DNA of 64,000 nt from Rhodospirillales bacterium (GCA_038143065.1 JAYQLI010000035.1:2688894-2752893); one strand, 5' to 3'. Positions 11,004-22,708 are shown, counted from the first letter of the stretch. Made by a program: numbers and translations. The notes: generated from the letters alone by a model not told the origin.

Positions 11004-12866
11004 TTACCGTTGTCGACGACGCCTGGAAGCTTGCAGTGCCCCGCCACCGGCTTCATCAATAAAAAGTTCGGCTAACTGTTCCATCATAGCGCCAGCAAGT
11101 TGGTCAGCGTAAAAAATTGTTACGGGACGCCGATAATAGCGAGTAACGTCGTGACCAATACCAATAGCAACAAGCTGTACCGGTGACTTTTCCTCAATCA
11201 GTTTGATCACGTCTCGAAGATGTCTCTCAAGGTAGTTGCCTGGATTTACCGATAACGTCGAGTCGTCAACAGGAGCGCCATCCGAGATTACCATTAGAAT
11301 GCGTCGGTCCTCAGATCGGGCTAAAAGACGGTCATGAGCCCAGAGTAAAGCCTCACCATCAATGTTTTCTTTTAAAATTCCTTCGCGCAGCATAAGACCA
11401 AGGTTTTTTCGGGTTCTACGCAAAGGGGCGTCTGCCTCTTTATAAATAATATGGCGGAGGTCATTAAGGCGGCCAGGTGAGGGTTGTTTGCCATCCACAG
11501 CCCATTTCTCTCGGGATTCGCCACCTTTCCATGCACGCGTGGTAAACCCTAAGACCTCTGTCTTAACTTGGCAGCGCTCAAGAGTGCGAGCGAGAATATC
11601 GGCGCACATTGCTGCAACGGTTATCGGTCTTCCTCGCATAGACCCTGAGTTGTCAATCAGGAGAGTTACCACTGTGTCTCTGAATTCTGTCGACTTTTCC
11701 TGTTTGTAGGAAAGCGAGTGCGTTGGATTGGCTACTATTCGAGCAAGGCGAGCAGAATCGAGTAACCCTTCTTCCAGATCAAAATCCCAGGACCGGGTTT
11801 GTTGCGCCATAAGCCGACGTTGAAGTCTATTTGCAAGCCTTGTTACGACACCCTGTAAATTTGCTAGTTGTTGGTCTAAGTGACGGCGAAGGCGCGATAG
11901 TTCCTCAGCGTCACATAGTTCTTCTGCGGGTACTACTTCATCAAACTCTCGCGTGTATGGAGCATATATCCGAGCAGCGTCGAGACTGGGATCATAATTT
12001 GGGCGCTGTTGCGGTGTTGCATCACCGGCCTCCTCATCTCCCATGCCAGCCATCATTTCTGCATCGCCCTCTTCGCCTGACATGTCGTCAGTGGCGTCAG
12101 ACGCACTCTCTTCATATTCCCCTTGCGCTGCCATTGCTGCGGCACTATCAGCATCAGCTGCTTCAGTATCAGAATTTTCGTCAGACTCTTCACTTTCGTC
12201 TGAGCTTTCTCCGTCCTCACTGTCAGAGCTCTCGGCCTCTTCTAACATCTCTATGTCTTGCAGAAGTTGGCGCATAACATCGGCGAATGCTGACTGGTCC
12301 GAGATGTTTTCTTTCAGGCGCTCGAAGGCATCACCTGCTTTTTCCATGAACTCATCGCGCCACATATCAACCATTGCCGTGGCCTCAGCAGGAGGAGCTT
12401 TTCCAGTAACAGCTTCACGTGTCAAAAGGGCTAATACTTCCGCTAGAGGCGCGTCGTCACGCTCAACCACCCTTGAATAACCCTGGCGCCGACACCGCTC
12501 TACTAAGGCTTCGTCCAAGTTGGCAGATACCCCCTCCATTTGGAGAGCGCCAATGGATTCCACCCTTGCCTGTTCGATGGCATCGTAAGCGGCTCGGGCG
12601 GTACCACCGGGTGGACGATTTTGCGAGTGCGCCGCTTCATCATGGTGTCGTAGCTTTAGAGCTAGGGCGTCCGCTTCTCCGCGTAAGATTGAAACTTCGC
12701 CCTCCGCCATATCACGTGATGGCGTTGGTAGCCTAGCAGACACTCCATCTGTGGAGGCATTGTCTGGACCAATAGTTACGTCGTGTTCACGCCTGCCGGC
12801 CACGGCTCGCATCGTGGCGGCAGTATTGCGCTTAAATACCTCTGAGGGGGACTCAGCTTCGGCCAT
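11004..12866 (-). CDS. cobT: Cobaltochelatase subunit CobT (vWA domain)
   Basis: RGEADALAL, acidic linker, [35 protein letters not shown]. Confidence 0.95.
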   Translation of the reverse strand: MAEAESPSEVFKRNTAATMRAVAGRREHDVTIGPDNASTDGVSARLPTPSRDMAEGEVSILRGEADALALKLRHHDEAAHSQNRPPGGTARAAYDAIEQARVESIGALQMEGVSANLDEALVERCRRQGYSRVVERDDAPLAEVLALLTREAVTGKAPPAEATAMVDMWRDEFMEKAGDAFERLKENISDQSAFADVMRQLLQDIEMLEEAESSDSEDGESSDESEESDENSDTEAADADSAAAMAAQGEYEESASDATDDMSGEEGDAEMMAGMGDEEAGDATPQQRPNYDPSLDAARIYAPYTREFDEVVPAEELCDAEELSRLRRHLDQQLANLQGVVTRLANRLQRRLMAQQTRSWDFDLEEGLLDSARLARIVANPTHSLSYKQEKSTEFRDTVVTLLIDNSGSMRGRPITVAAMCADILARTLERCQVKTEVLGFTTRAWKGGESREKWAVDGKQPSPGRLNDLRHIIYKEADAPLRRTRKNLGLMLREGILKENIDGEALLWAHDRLLARSEDRRILMVISDGAPVDDSTLSVNPGNYLERHLRDVIKLIEEKSPVQLVAIGIGHDVTRYYRRPVTIFYADQLAGAMMEQLAELFIDEAGGGALQASRRRRQR

Positions 12867-12884
12867 GTGACGCTGGCCTCAGTA

Positions 12885-13895
12885 TCAAGCGCTTTGCTTA
12901 AGGTCAGGTGCCGCCACTTCTGGCAAATCCTGACCGAAGACACGCTGGTAGTATTCAGCTACCACAGACCGCTCGGCTTCATCGCACTTGTTTAAGAAGG
13001 TCATTCGGAAGCCCAGCGCGAGATCATTGAATATTCGAGAGTTTTCTGCCCAGGTTATCACTGTGCGAGGAGACATTACGGTCGAAAGATCCCCCGCCAT
13101 AAAACCATTGCGGGTAAGCTCGGCAAGTCGGACCATCTTACTTCCAAGATCAGGCCCTTCGCCATCTCTGAGGTGTGGCGATTTTGCGAGGATAATCTTA
13201 ACTTCCTCTTCATGAGGCAAATAGTTAAGAGCGACAACAAGATTCCAGCGGTCCATTTGACCTTGGTTGATCTGTTGCACCCCATGATAGAGACCTGTTG
13301 TATCTCCAAGACCCACTGTATTTGCAGTAGCAAACATGCGGAAGTGAGGATGTGGCCGGATCACTCTGTTTTGATCCAACAGGGTTAATTTGCCCTCGAC
13401 TTCCAGAACCCGCTGGATGACAAACATTACGTCTGGGCGGCCTGCGTCATATTCATCAAATACGAGGGCTACGGCATGCTGAAGTGCCCAGGGCAGCATG
13501 CCCTCTCGAAATTCTGTAACCTGAACGCCATCCTTCAAAACGATTGCATCTCGACCGACTAAGTCGATACGACTGATGTGACTATCTAAATTCACCCGGA
13601 TACAAGGCCAATTAAGGCGAGCTGCTACCTGCTCGATATGAGTAGACTTACCCGTGCCGTGAAAGCCCTGGATCATGACTCGTCGGTTGTAAGCAAATCC
13701 AGCGATAATCGCGATCGTAGTCTCAAAATCAAAGTGATAGTCAGGATCTAAGTCTGGGACATAGTCACTTGTTTCGCTATAAGCTGGGACTACCAGATCG
13801 GTGTCTAGGCCAAATACATCTCGAACTGATACCTCGGTGTCAGGTGCAGCGGTTACGCCTGCGGCTTGGATGATTGTGCTTGGTGAGTCGGTCAT
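12885..13895 (-). CDS. cobS: Cobaltochelatase subunit CobS (MoxR-type AAA+)
   Basis: [45 protein letters not shown]. Confidence 0.96.
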   Translation of the reverse strand: MTDSPSTIIQAAGVTAAPDTEVSVRDVFGLDTDLVVPAYSETSDYVPDLDPDYHFDFETTIAIIAGFAYNRRVMIQGFHGTGKSTHIEQVAARLNWPCIRVNLDSHISRIDLVGRDAIVLKDGVQVTEFREGMLPWALQHAVALVFDEYDAGRPDVMFVIQRVLEVEGKLTLLDQNRVIRPHPHFRMFATANTVGLGDTTGLYHGVQQINQGQMDRWNLVVALNYLPHEEEVKIILAKSPHLRDGEGPDLGSKMVRLAELTRNGFMAGDLSTVMSPRTVITWAENSRIFNDLALGFRMTFLNKCDEAERSVVAEYYQRVFGQDLPEVAAPDLKQSA

Positions 13896-13921
13896 TAATG
13901 TTTTCCGGTGCTAGAGTCAGT

Positions 13922-14500
13922 CTATGCGTTAATCGCTATCTTCAAAGTTTTATACGCGGCATTGATCGATTTTAAGCGCTCCTCAGCTTCGCGTGCACCA
14001 CCATTTGCATCTGGATGCCACCGTTTGACGAGCGCTTTATAGCGACCCTTTAGCGTTTGTACGTCGAAATCATCTTCTAAGCCAAGCTCCAATTGTGCAA
14101 GCGCCTCAGAACTGCCTGGTCGAAAACGGCGACGAATAGGGTTTTTAATCTCTCTTTCATAAAAGGTATCTAATGGATCATCAAATTCAAACGTGGCATC
14201 TGCGCGCGATTTTTGCTTTCCCCCTAGTGCCCAAGTTTGGCGTCGCCAAACCACATCCAGTCGACGATCTGCATCAATCTGTGCTGATGACATCCCTTTA
14301 TAATAATCCCACCCAGCGTTGTATGCGCGTACATGTTCTAGGCAAAAATATAGATATGGTCTGGGACGATTACGGGTTCTCGGAGCAGGGAATTCCCCTT
14401 TATCTTCACAGCCTGGCGCGTCGCACAGCTGTTGAACCTCTTGTTGGCCTGAACCCCATTTTTTTGAGGCCGCAAATGATTGAAATTGCTGTTTTCCCAT
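13922..14500 (-). CDS. DnaJ-domain protein with N-terminal Cys motif
   Basis: CDAPGC...FCLEHVRAYN N-terminus and C-terminal J domain with HPD; usual position upstream of cobS. Confidence 0.9.
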   Translation of the reverse strand: MGKQQFQSFAASKKWGSGQQEVQQLCDAPGCEDKGEFPAPRTRNRPRPYLYFCLEHVRAYNAGWDYYKGMSSAQIDADRRLDVVWRRQTWALGGKQKSRADATFEFDDPLDTFYEREIKNPIRRRFRPGSSEALAQLELGLEDDFDVQTLKGRYKALVKRWHPDANGGAREAEERLKSINAAYKTLKIAINA

Positions 14501-14615
14501 GAGAGATAATTATGGTTCGCACCACCAGTGATGACAAGCACTTAGGTGGTTTGCAGCTTCGAATATTTGGTCTAGGTTCTCCGCCATTAGCTGCCTCTGA
14601 AGGACGTATTGCAGA

Positions 14616-15583
14616 ATGAAAAAGCGGATCATGGTTCAGATGCCATTAACGGATGGTATCTGCTCAGTTCTTGATGCTCGAAAAGATGTTGAAGCTGTTC
14701 AATTCACGCAATTATCAGAGGACAATATTCTCCAGCATGTTGGGGAGTATGACGCTGCCATTCTATCAATCACTCCGTTTACAGCGCGAATTATTGATAA
14801 AGCGGATAAGATGCAGATTGTTGCCCGCCATGGTGTTGGCTATGACGCTGTAGATGTTCCAGCACTGACAAAAAAAGGAATCCCGTTAGCAGTTGTGGGT
14901 ACGGCAAACTCCGTAACGGTGGCAGAACATGCTCTCTTCTTCATACTCGCGCTCGCGAAGCGCGCGATTTTGTTTGATCGTGAGGTTCGAAAGGGCAATT
15001 GGGATATCCGCTATGACCATATTGGCTACGATATAGCGGATAAAAAAGTATTGGTTCTTGGTCTTGGTCGGATTGGTAGGCGACTTGTCCCTATGCTCAA
15101 TGCGATGGGGATGAAGGTCTTTGTATACGATCCATATGTTCTGCAAGATACGATCGTAACGTCAGGCGCGATCCCAGTAGAAGACTGGCGTGCTGCATTG
15201 CCAGATATGGATTTCGTTTCCGTAAATTGTCAAAAAATGAAGAGACAAACGGTATGATAGGAACTGCAGAATTAGCATCAATGAAAAAGACCGCCTTTGT
15301 GGTTAACACAGCGCGGGGAAATATTGTTGATGAAAGTGCTCTGTATCATGCCCTAAAAAATGGAAGCATCGCGGGTGCTGGTATTGATCCCTTCGTGGTT
15401 GAGCCAGCTGGGCCAAATGAGCCTTTATTTGAGCTTGATAATATTATCGTTTCGCCGCACTCCGCTGGGGTCACAAAAGAGAGTCTTTTCCGAATGGGTG
15501 CAGCTGCTGCTCAAAATATTCTTGACCAATTTGATGGTCGACTAAATCCAGAAAACGTAATTAACAAGGAAGTCTTGAAATGA
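14616..15583 (+). CDS. D-isomer specific 2-hydroxyacid dehydrogenase (SerA-like); frameshift near 15231
   Basis: RHGVGYD, VAEHA, GLGRIG, then VNTARG and SPHSAG in the second ORF. Confidence 0.9.
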
Positions 15584-16380
15584 GAGCTAACGAAATAAAA
15601 CGACGTTGGCAGGCTGGCGAAGCGTTTGTGAACGGTTGGTGTGCAATTCCAAATAGTTTTTCAGCTGAATTAATGGCGCACGCAGGCTGGGATTCGTTGA
15701 CGATAGATTTACAGCATGGCCTGGTTGATTATCAGGCCGCAGTGACGATGCTTCAGGCTATTTCAACGACAGCTGTGCCCCCAACAGCCCGAGTGCCCTG
15801 GGTGGAGCCAGGCATCATAATGAAGATGCTTGACGCAGGGGCAATGGGCATTATTTGCCCAATGATTAATAACCCTGAAGATGCAGCAAAGTTTGTAGGT
15901 GCTTGTAAATATGCCCCGTTAGGATATCGGTCGAGTGGTCCTACAAGGGCAGTCGTTTATGCTGGATCCGACTACCTCTCAAATGCCAATGAAGAAATTT
16001 TGGCTATTGCTATGATTGAGACAACGCAAGCATTGGATAATCTAGACGCAATCCTAGATACCCCTGGCCTTGATGGCGTTTACATTGGTCCCACTGATTT
16101 GGCCATGACTATGGGTGCTCCTCCAGTCTTGGATCCAACTGATAAGGGCGTTGTGGCAGCAATTGAACGTATCATAGATGCAGCTAACGCGCGTGGTCTT
16201 GGTGCTGGCATACATTGTGCGACGCCCGAGTATGCTTCCAAGATGATTCAACGCGGTGCGAAGCTGGTTACAATCGCATCCGATGGGCGTATTTTGGCGG
16301 CAGCGGCAGCGGCGGCAGTCAAAGCCTGTAAGGGTGATAGCAGCGAAGCAAAGCCAGCTGGTCCCGGAAGCGCTTATTAA
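15580..16380 (+). CDS. HpcH/HpaI class II aldolase family protein
   Basis: IDLQHG, ARVPW, LDAGAMGIICPM, AMIET, YIGPTDL; ATGA overlap with the upstream gene. Confidence 0.92.
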   Translation: MRANEIKRRWQAGEAFVNGWCAIPNSFSAELMAHAGWDSLTIDLQHGLVDYQAAVTMLQAISTTAVPPTARVPWVEPGIIMKMLDAGAMGIICPMINNPEDAAKFVGACKYAPLGYRSSGPTRAVVYAGSDYLSNANEEILAIAMIETTQALDNLDAILDTPGLDGVYIGPTDLAMTMGAPPVLDPTDKGVVAAIERIIDAANARGLGAGIHCATPEYASKMIQRGAKLVTIASDGRILAAAAAAAVKACKGDSSEAKPAGPGSAY

Positions 16381-16481
16381 AACTTTCTGATGGCTCGGTT
16401 TCACTAGTGGTTCAGAAGCAAGTGTCCTCATCTGGTGTTGTTAAGACGGGTTGAGAGCTTAAAGGGGCAGCAGTTTAGTAA

Positions 16482-17839
16482 ATGTTGATTGTCGACCTGC
16501 TGCCGCTTTTCATGTTCCTAACGCTCATGGGCTTGGTGTTTACAAGCTATCCGATTGCTTTTGCACTTGGGGGTACTGCTGTTGCCTTCGGCCTCATAGG
16601 CTCTTGGCTAAACGTATTTTCGATCGTCGAATTCTATAATTTTGCGCCGCGAATTTGGTTGGTTGCAGAGAATTTACAGATCATTGCAGTTCCACTTTTT
16701 GTCTTTATGGGAGTAATGCTGGAGAGGTCGAATATTGCTCGAGATCTTCTCGAGGCATTGCAACTCCTGCTTCGTGATGTACCTGGCGGAATGGCACTTG
16801 GCGTTACCTTGATGGGAGTTATCTTCGCGGCAGTGACAGGCGTTGTAGGCGCCTCGGTTATAATGCTGACCCTAATTGCGCTTCCCTCGATGCTTAAAGC
16901 TGGTTATCGGCCGTCTTTAGCGGTTGGTGTAATAGCATCTTCTGCGACCCTTGGTATTCTTATTCCTCCCAGTATTTTGCTTGTATTTCTTGCTGAAATG
17001 CTGCCGATGTCGGTGGGTTTCTTATTCGCCGGTGCAATCCTGCCAGGATTACTGTTGGCATTGCTTTACGTCATCTACATTGTTCTCGTAACCACTATTT
17101 CCCCAGATGCTGGGCCGAGACAAAGCAAACAGGAGGTGAGTTGGCGGGAGCTCGGCAGTGCTCTTATCCGAGGCGTAGGGCCTCCAGCGATCCTTATTGG
17201 ACTTGTTATGGGATCAGTGCTCACAGGCTTTGTCACAATCACCGAATCAGCAGCGGTAGGTGCTGCTGGTGCCCTGATACTTGCGTTTGCACGTGGAGGA
17301 ATGCCTATCGCAGAATTGCGGCTAGCGCTTGAGCGTTCAACAATGATCGTGGGTATGATTTTTCTTCTCTACATTGGAGCAACGTGTTTTGCATATGTGT
17401 TTCGCGTGTTGGGAGGGGACGACCTGATTCATCTGATTATTGATGGGGCAGACTTAGGTTCGTGGGGATTGTTACTGTTTGCAATATTCCTGATCTTTGT
17501 GATGGGTTTTTTCTTCGATGTATTGGAGATTTTGCTGATAATCGTTCCACTTTTTGGTCCATTGATTGCTCCCTAGATTTTGGGGAGCACATCTCTCAGC
17601 CTGATGTCGTTTACTGGTTTGCTGTGTTGGTTGCGGTGACCTTACAAACATCCTTTTTGACTCCACCGATGGGTTTGTCTCTCTTTCACATCAAGGGAGT
17701 AGCCCCTCCATCTATTAAGATGGGCGAAATTTATCGCGGAGTTGCACCTTTTGTTTGCCTTCAGATGATCTGTGTTGGGTTGATGCTTGCATGGCCCAAT
17801 ATTGTCTTGTACCTGCCGCATATCCTATTTGATCCATGA
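16482..17839 (+). CDS. TRAP transporter large permease (DctM); frameshift near 17570
   Basis: AVPLFVFMG, GILIPPSI, TESAAVGA, QTSFLTPPMG; multi-pass hydrophobic. Confidence 0.9.
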
Positions 17840-17843
17840 ACCA

Positions 17844-18485
17844 ATGATGGGAAATACCAGAGAAATTGCTGGGCCTTGGTTATTAGTGCTGAAAATTGCT
17901 CATTGGCTTGATTTTCCCGGTCGCCTTGCCGGAAAAGCTGCGGCCTGGTTGTTCCTACCTATGATACTAATAATCGTATTCGATGCTGTAGGTCGTAAAT
18001 ATCTCCGAAAACTGGACTTCGTTATTGCTAATAATTTGCACGGATATCTGAACTCACCTGTTTTACAGGATGCGGAATGGCATCTTCACGCCGTGATTTT
18101 TTTGGCGGCCCTTGGTTTTGCTTACAGCCGAAATGTACATGTTAGATTGGATATTTTTCGCCATAAATTTTCTGATAGGGGCCGTTTGTGGCTGGAGCTT
18201 TTAGGAGGTTTGATTATTCTTTTTCCCTTCTTGGCTGTGCTTCTTAATTATGGGTGGGAATTCTTCGTGAGCTCTTGGAATGCTGACGAGGGTGCTGGCA
18301 TGTCCAATGGTTTAGATAACCGTTGGGCCATCAAGTTTTTTCTAGTGCTTGGTCCTACACTGCTGTTTTTTTCAACCTGTTCGCTTTTGTTAAGATTATT
18401 CGTGCGTCTTTTTGGGTCTCCTATTTTTGTGCAAGCTACTCAAACTGATCAAATATCTGATGCTTCGTTCTCGGCTTATGATTGA
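17844..18485 (+). CDS. TRAP transporter small permease (DctQ)
   Basis: About four TM helices, EWHL and HVRLD motifs; follows dctM. Confidence 0.85.
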   Translation: MMGNTREIAGPWLLVLKIAHWLDFPGRLAGKAAAWLFLPMILIIVFDAVGRKYLRKLDFVIANNLHGYLNSPVLQDAEWHLHAVIFLAALGFAYSRNVHVRLDIFRHKFSDRGRLWLELLGGLIILFPFLAVLLNYGWEFFVSSWNADEGAGMSNGLDNRWAIKFFLVLGPTLLFFSTCSLLLRLFVRLFGSPIFVQATQTDQISDASFSAYD

Positions 18486-18577
18486 ATTCAAAAAATTTGG
18501 ATATTTTTGAGAAAACAGGTTTCTAAACACTAATTTATTCCCAAAGGTTACTCCGGTTTTTGAATACAATTGGCTTC

Positions 18578-19400
18578 TCAAGCCTTAATTTTTGCAGAGA
18601 TCATTAATTGCCTAAGCTCATCAAGGTTTTTTATCCTGAAAGCGGGACGAACATTTGAGAGTTCTTCCACTGGATTTCCAGTCTCGACTAATGCTGTAAG
18701 CAGACCTGCAGCTAACCCACCCGCAATATCCGTTGCTATTGTGTCACCAATCATCAATGTGCGTTCTGGTGAAAGTTTGTGTCTTGAGAGAGCCATCCTG
18801 AAAATATAGGGATCAGGCTTGCCTACGGTAATTCCAGGTTTTCCTCCAGAGGCCTCAAGGAAGGCGCGAATAGCTCCTGCTTCAGGAGCCAATCCATTTG
18901 GGGTGGGATGAGTTCTGTCTGGATTGCTAATAACTAATAATGCCCCGTGCCTAATAAAACGTGTTGCTATAGATAAATCAGCAACAGTTATATCTGGAGA
19001 AATTCCAGCAACAACATAATCAGGGCAATCATCAGCAAGTTGTGCGCCTGCGGCGAGTAGTTCTTGCTGCAATGCTTTTGGGCCGACGACATGCACTTTT
19101 GGTTTGGTAGTATGCTCGGCCAACCATTGGGCAGTTGCCATTCCAGCTGTTATGATTTGGTGTGGGTGAATCAGGTATCCCATCCGCTGAAGCTTCTGGG
19201 CGTATTCGTCAGAAGTCTTAGCTGCATTGTTTGTAATGGCGTTAATTTTTATGCCTTCAGAAATTGCCCAAGAAACAAACTCACGGGCATGTTCGATAGG
19301 TTCTTCATCTCTATATAGGACGCCATCAAGGTCAAAAATCAGTGCTTCAACATTCTCCAAGCTATGGGAAGGATGCAGAGCTGATTGGTTTTTTTTTAAA
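18578..19400 (-). CDS. HAD-IIA (NagD-like) hydrolase domain; start uncertain, probably fused to the upstream metallophosphoesterase
   Basis: FDLDGV, TNN, SNPD, GKP, IGDTIATDIAGG motifs. Confidence 0.85.
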
Positions 19401-20224
19401 TTTTGGAAGTGGTGTAGCCCATTTGTGTCCTGGTTTGCGAAGAGGCAAGCGGAACTCAATTGGGTCATTCCCATAGACGCGCCAGGATATTTCTTTGTGA
19501 ATCTCCAGCGTTGCCCAAGCTCCAGCAGCGTCTCCTTCGGAAGTAAAGCTCTCAGTTAAAGATTGCAGGGTTATATGGGGGATAGCATTCACTTGGTTTA
19601 GCGAATTCCAGTGAACATGACCGGAAACACAAAGCACAACGTGGCCAGAATTTTCAATAATCTCTCTTGCTTCAGAAGCATTAGGGTAGCCGCCAATTTC
19701 TGGATTGTTTTGAAACCAATAATTGCTCTGCATTGACCCGGAGCTGATGGGCACGTGCGTGAAAATGATAGTGGGTATGTTGCTCTTTTGAAGCTCACTC
19801 TCTAGCCACTGTAAATCTGATTGCTGGATTTGAAATGTTTCTGGCCACGGAATGAATGTATCTGCTTGCCAAAAGATTAGTCGCCAGCCTTTCATCTCTA
19901 CTGAAAAACTGGAGTTAGGCTGAGAGAAAGTTTTTGAGTTCAGGCTTTCCTCTAGGAATGCCACGTCATGGTTACCATGAAGGTGGTTATGAAGCGTATT
20001 TAACCCCTCAAAACGAGATGCAACTTCCGAAAGTAATTGGAAGTCAGTTTCTTTGTTAACATCTGAAATTCGATCGCCTAGTTCGACAATCATGTCAGCT
20101 CCCAATCGCCAGCAAATGAAAGGAAGCTGTCAAGGAGCTCAAGTGCATTTGCTCCTCTTTTTGTGAGCTTGTCTTCGCCGTGATGTATGTCTGTTACTAG
20201 TGCTAGGCGTAACGATTCTTGCAT
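19362..20224 (-). CDS. Calcineurin-like metallophosphoesterase; frameshift near 20102
   Basis: ATG at 20224 downstream of GGAGG gives MQESLRLALVTDIHHG; second ORF has LGD, GNHD, FTH and GHVH motifs. Confidence 0.85.
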
Positions 20225-20362
20225 TGATCATGCACCTCCGGAAACCTTGATCTTAAACCCTTAGAACATTTGTATTTTAAATTCACATTACAGTGGGTTG
20301 CGAGAGGGCAAAAAAATCGATGCAATAGCGTTTCAATATTTTAGAAGAAAAAGGACAAGTTC

Positions 20363-21175
20363 ATGGTAGCCATCGATACAGGAACTAAAGAGTTACTTGC
20401 AGACTTGAGTGACCGGGTCCTTACCTTAACCCTTAATAGACCAGAAGCCAGGAACGCTCTGTCGCCAGAAATGATGTTTGCCCTTCGTCGACTTATTTCG
20501 GAATTTGGAGACCATGCTGATGTTGGGGCCCTTTTGCTAACTGGTGCGGGAGGGGCTTTCTCCTCAGGAGGAGACGTTAAAAGGATGGCTGTCCGTAAAG
20601 ATGGAGAGCAAACGGCTGAAGCGAAATTTCAAGAAATGTTGGCGCGTCATTCAGAAAGCGCAGGTGCCATAAGAAAACTTCGTATTCCAACTATAGCTGC
20701 AATTCCAGGTCCGGCAGCTGGTGCTGGGATGGCGTTGGCTCTCTCATGTGATCTTCGTGTGATGGCTGAAGAAGCTTTTTTCACGACTGGTTACGCGCGA
20801 GTTGGCTTACCAGGAGATTACGGTGCTTCATGGCTTCTTACCCGTATTGTTGGACCAGGTAAGGCGAGAGAATTGATGTTACTTTGTCCTCGTACTACCG
20901 CAGTTGAGGCCTTATCACTTGGCTTGGCCAATAGAGTGGTCAAGTTAGCTGATTTACCGCAGCATTCGCGGGAGATTGCGGTAGGATTGGCCTCTGGTCC
21001 CCGCATTGCTTATAGATATATCAAGGACAATTTAGACGAAGCGCTGGATATTGATCACGCCACTGCAATAGATCACGAGGCAGCTCGGATGCTGCGCGCC
21101 CAAAGTACGGCAGATCATAAAGAAGCAGCTCGTGCGTTTGTAGAGAAGCGATCTCCCAAATTTAAAGGGGCCTAA
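20363..21175 (+). CDS. Enoyl-CoA hydratase/isomerase family protein
   Basis: LTLNRPEARNAL, FSSGGD, GAGMALALSCD, AFVEKRSPKF. Confidence 0.93.
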   Translation: MVAIDTGTKELLADLSDRVLTLTLNRPEARNALSPEMMFALRRLISEFGDHADVGALLLTGAGGAFSSGGDVKRMAVRKDGEQTAEAKFQEMLARHSESAGAIRKLRIPTIAAIPGPAAGAGMALALSCDLRVMAEEAFFTTGYARVGLPGDYGASWLLTRIVGPGKARELMLLCPRTTAVEALSLGLANRVVKLADLPQHSREIAVGLASGPRIAYRYIKDNLDEALDIDHATAIDHEAARMLRAQSTADHKEAARAFVEKRSPKFKGA

Positions 21176-21394
21176 CGACTTTCTTAATCAGGATATCTTC
21201 GATGCTGTGGTATCTAATTCAAAACAGTCACTGATTAGGTCGGGGGTGGGTTATTACTTTAATGAAGAACCACTAATTTTTAGCCGTACACCTTAAGTCT
21301 AGGCTGTGGTCTCGGTCTTTAGTAGAACCCATCAACATTGGTTGTTAATGATTAAGCCAAACAGGGTGTTTATAAATTTCAAGATGGGACAAAT

Positions 21395-21815
21395 ATGGAA
21401 AATTTTACCCCTTTAGAAGGCCTTGTTGGAGGTCTAATGATTGGTGGAGCGGCTACTGTCTTAGCTGTCCTCAATGGTAGGATTGCAGGAATTGCAGGGA
21501 TCTATCGTGGCCTAATTGCATTTGGAGCTGGTTGGGGTGAGCGAGCCATCTTCGTCGCAGGTTTGTTGTTGGGACCAATTATAGTCGGTGGTTTCGGGGA
21601 TAGTGCCAATAGTTGAAATATCAACCAACTGGTTCGTTCTGATTCTTGCAGGTCTGCTTGTTGGATTTGGAGCCAGCTTGGGAAACGGTTGCACCAGTGG
21701 TCACGGTGTCTGTGGTTTGGCGAGAGGATCGCTGCGCTCCCTCGTGGCCACTCTAACTTTTATGGGGGTGGCGGTAGCAGTCGTTTTAATCAGTCGTCTA
21801 TTGGGTGGGTGGTAG
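21395..21815 (+). CDS. YeeE/YedE sulfur-compound transporter family protein; frameshift near 21596
   Basis: NGRIAGIAG in the first ORF and [15 protein letters not shown] in the second ORF. Confidence 0.88.
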
Positions 21816-21816
21816 G

Positions 21817-22227
21817 ATGTTGCAAATCATAGCCAGCTTAATTGCGGGAACGCTCATGGGTGCCGGTCTGATGGTTTCCGGAATGATGAACCCAAATAAA
21901 GTATTGAGTTTTCTCGATATTTTTGGGAATTGGGATCCAACATTAATTTTTGTGATGGGGGTAATTTTTTCTGCACTCCCGGGTTTTTGGCTTTCACGTC
22001 GGCTTACAAAACCCTTGCTAGCAAACAATTTTCAGTTGCCCGATAAGAAAAATTTTGATCGACGTCTAGTTGGTGGGGCGGCAATTTTTGGTGTTGGCTG
22101 GGGGCTAGTCGGCTTGTGTCCCGGGCCAGCTATTTCTGCGATCACCACAGGCTCACCTCAGGTTATTGTTTTTGTGATATCAATGACCATTGGCATGGCA
22201 TTTTATCGTTGGAAGTTTTCCAGTTAA
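21817..22227 (+). CDS. YeeE/YedE family protein (partner half)
   Basis: GLMVSGM.NP.KV..FLD, WDPTL, FGVGWGLVGLCPGPA. Confidence 0.9.
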   Translation: MLQIIASLIAGTLMGAGLMVSGMMNPNKVLSFLDIFGNWDPTLIFVMGVIFSALPGFWLSRRLTKPLLANNFQLPDKKNFDRRLVGGAAIFGVGWGLVGLCPGPAISAITTGSPQVIVFVISMTIGMAFYRWKFSS

Positions 22228-22254
22228 ATGGGCTTGAAGTTCGCTAGACGAGGT

Positions 22255-22708
22255 TCAGCGGGTTTTTAATTCATCTGCATTCTTAATTATTTCAACAACT
22301 TCAATGTCAAAGGTCAATGTTTCTCCGGCAAGTGGGTGATTCATATCGAGCACAACCTTGTCACCGTCAATTTCAGTGACTCTAAGTTCCACCCTATGTC
22401 CTTGCTGATCACTTGATCTAAGACCATGCCCTCCTGAACTTCTAAACCATCTGGAAGCTGGTCAAGAGTTACGGCGCGCACCATTTCTTCGTGTCGTAAC
22501 CCGTAAGCTTGATCAGGGGGGATAATGACCGTCTTACTTTCTCCAATGGACATTCCCATAAGACCATCTTCAAAGCCTTGTATCAGTTGGCCAGCACCAA
22601 TTTCTACCTTAAGCGGTTCTTCATCGCGGAGCTGTCAAATTTCTCTCCGTCGGACAATTTTCCTGTGTAGTGTACATGAACTAGATCGCCTTTAGTGATT
22701 TGTAGCAT
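22255..22708 (-). CDS. FKBP-type peptidyl-prolyl isomerase (SlyD/FkpB-like); multiple frameshifts
   Basis: Manual translation: [26 protein letters not shown]..., [12 protein letters not shown]...IPPDQAYG, and [18 protein letters not shown] across frames. Confidence 0.82.

Noticed and set aside
12040-12260. Low-complexity repeat-like DNA in cobT (similar tracts in rpoD at about 36110-36190 and 36530-36600)
   Set aside because: These encode the normal acidic linkers of CobT and sigma-70; they are not tandem repeats or CRISPR arrays.
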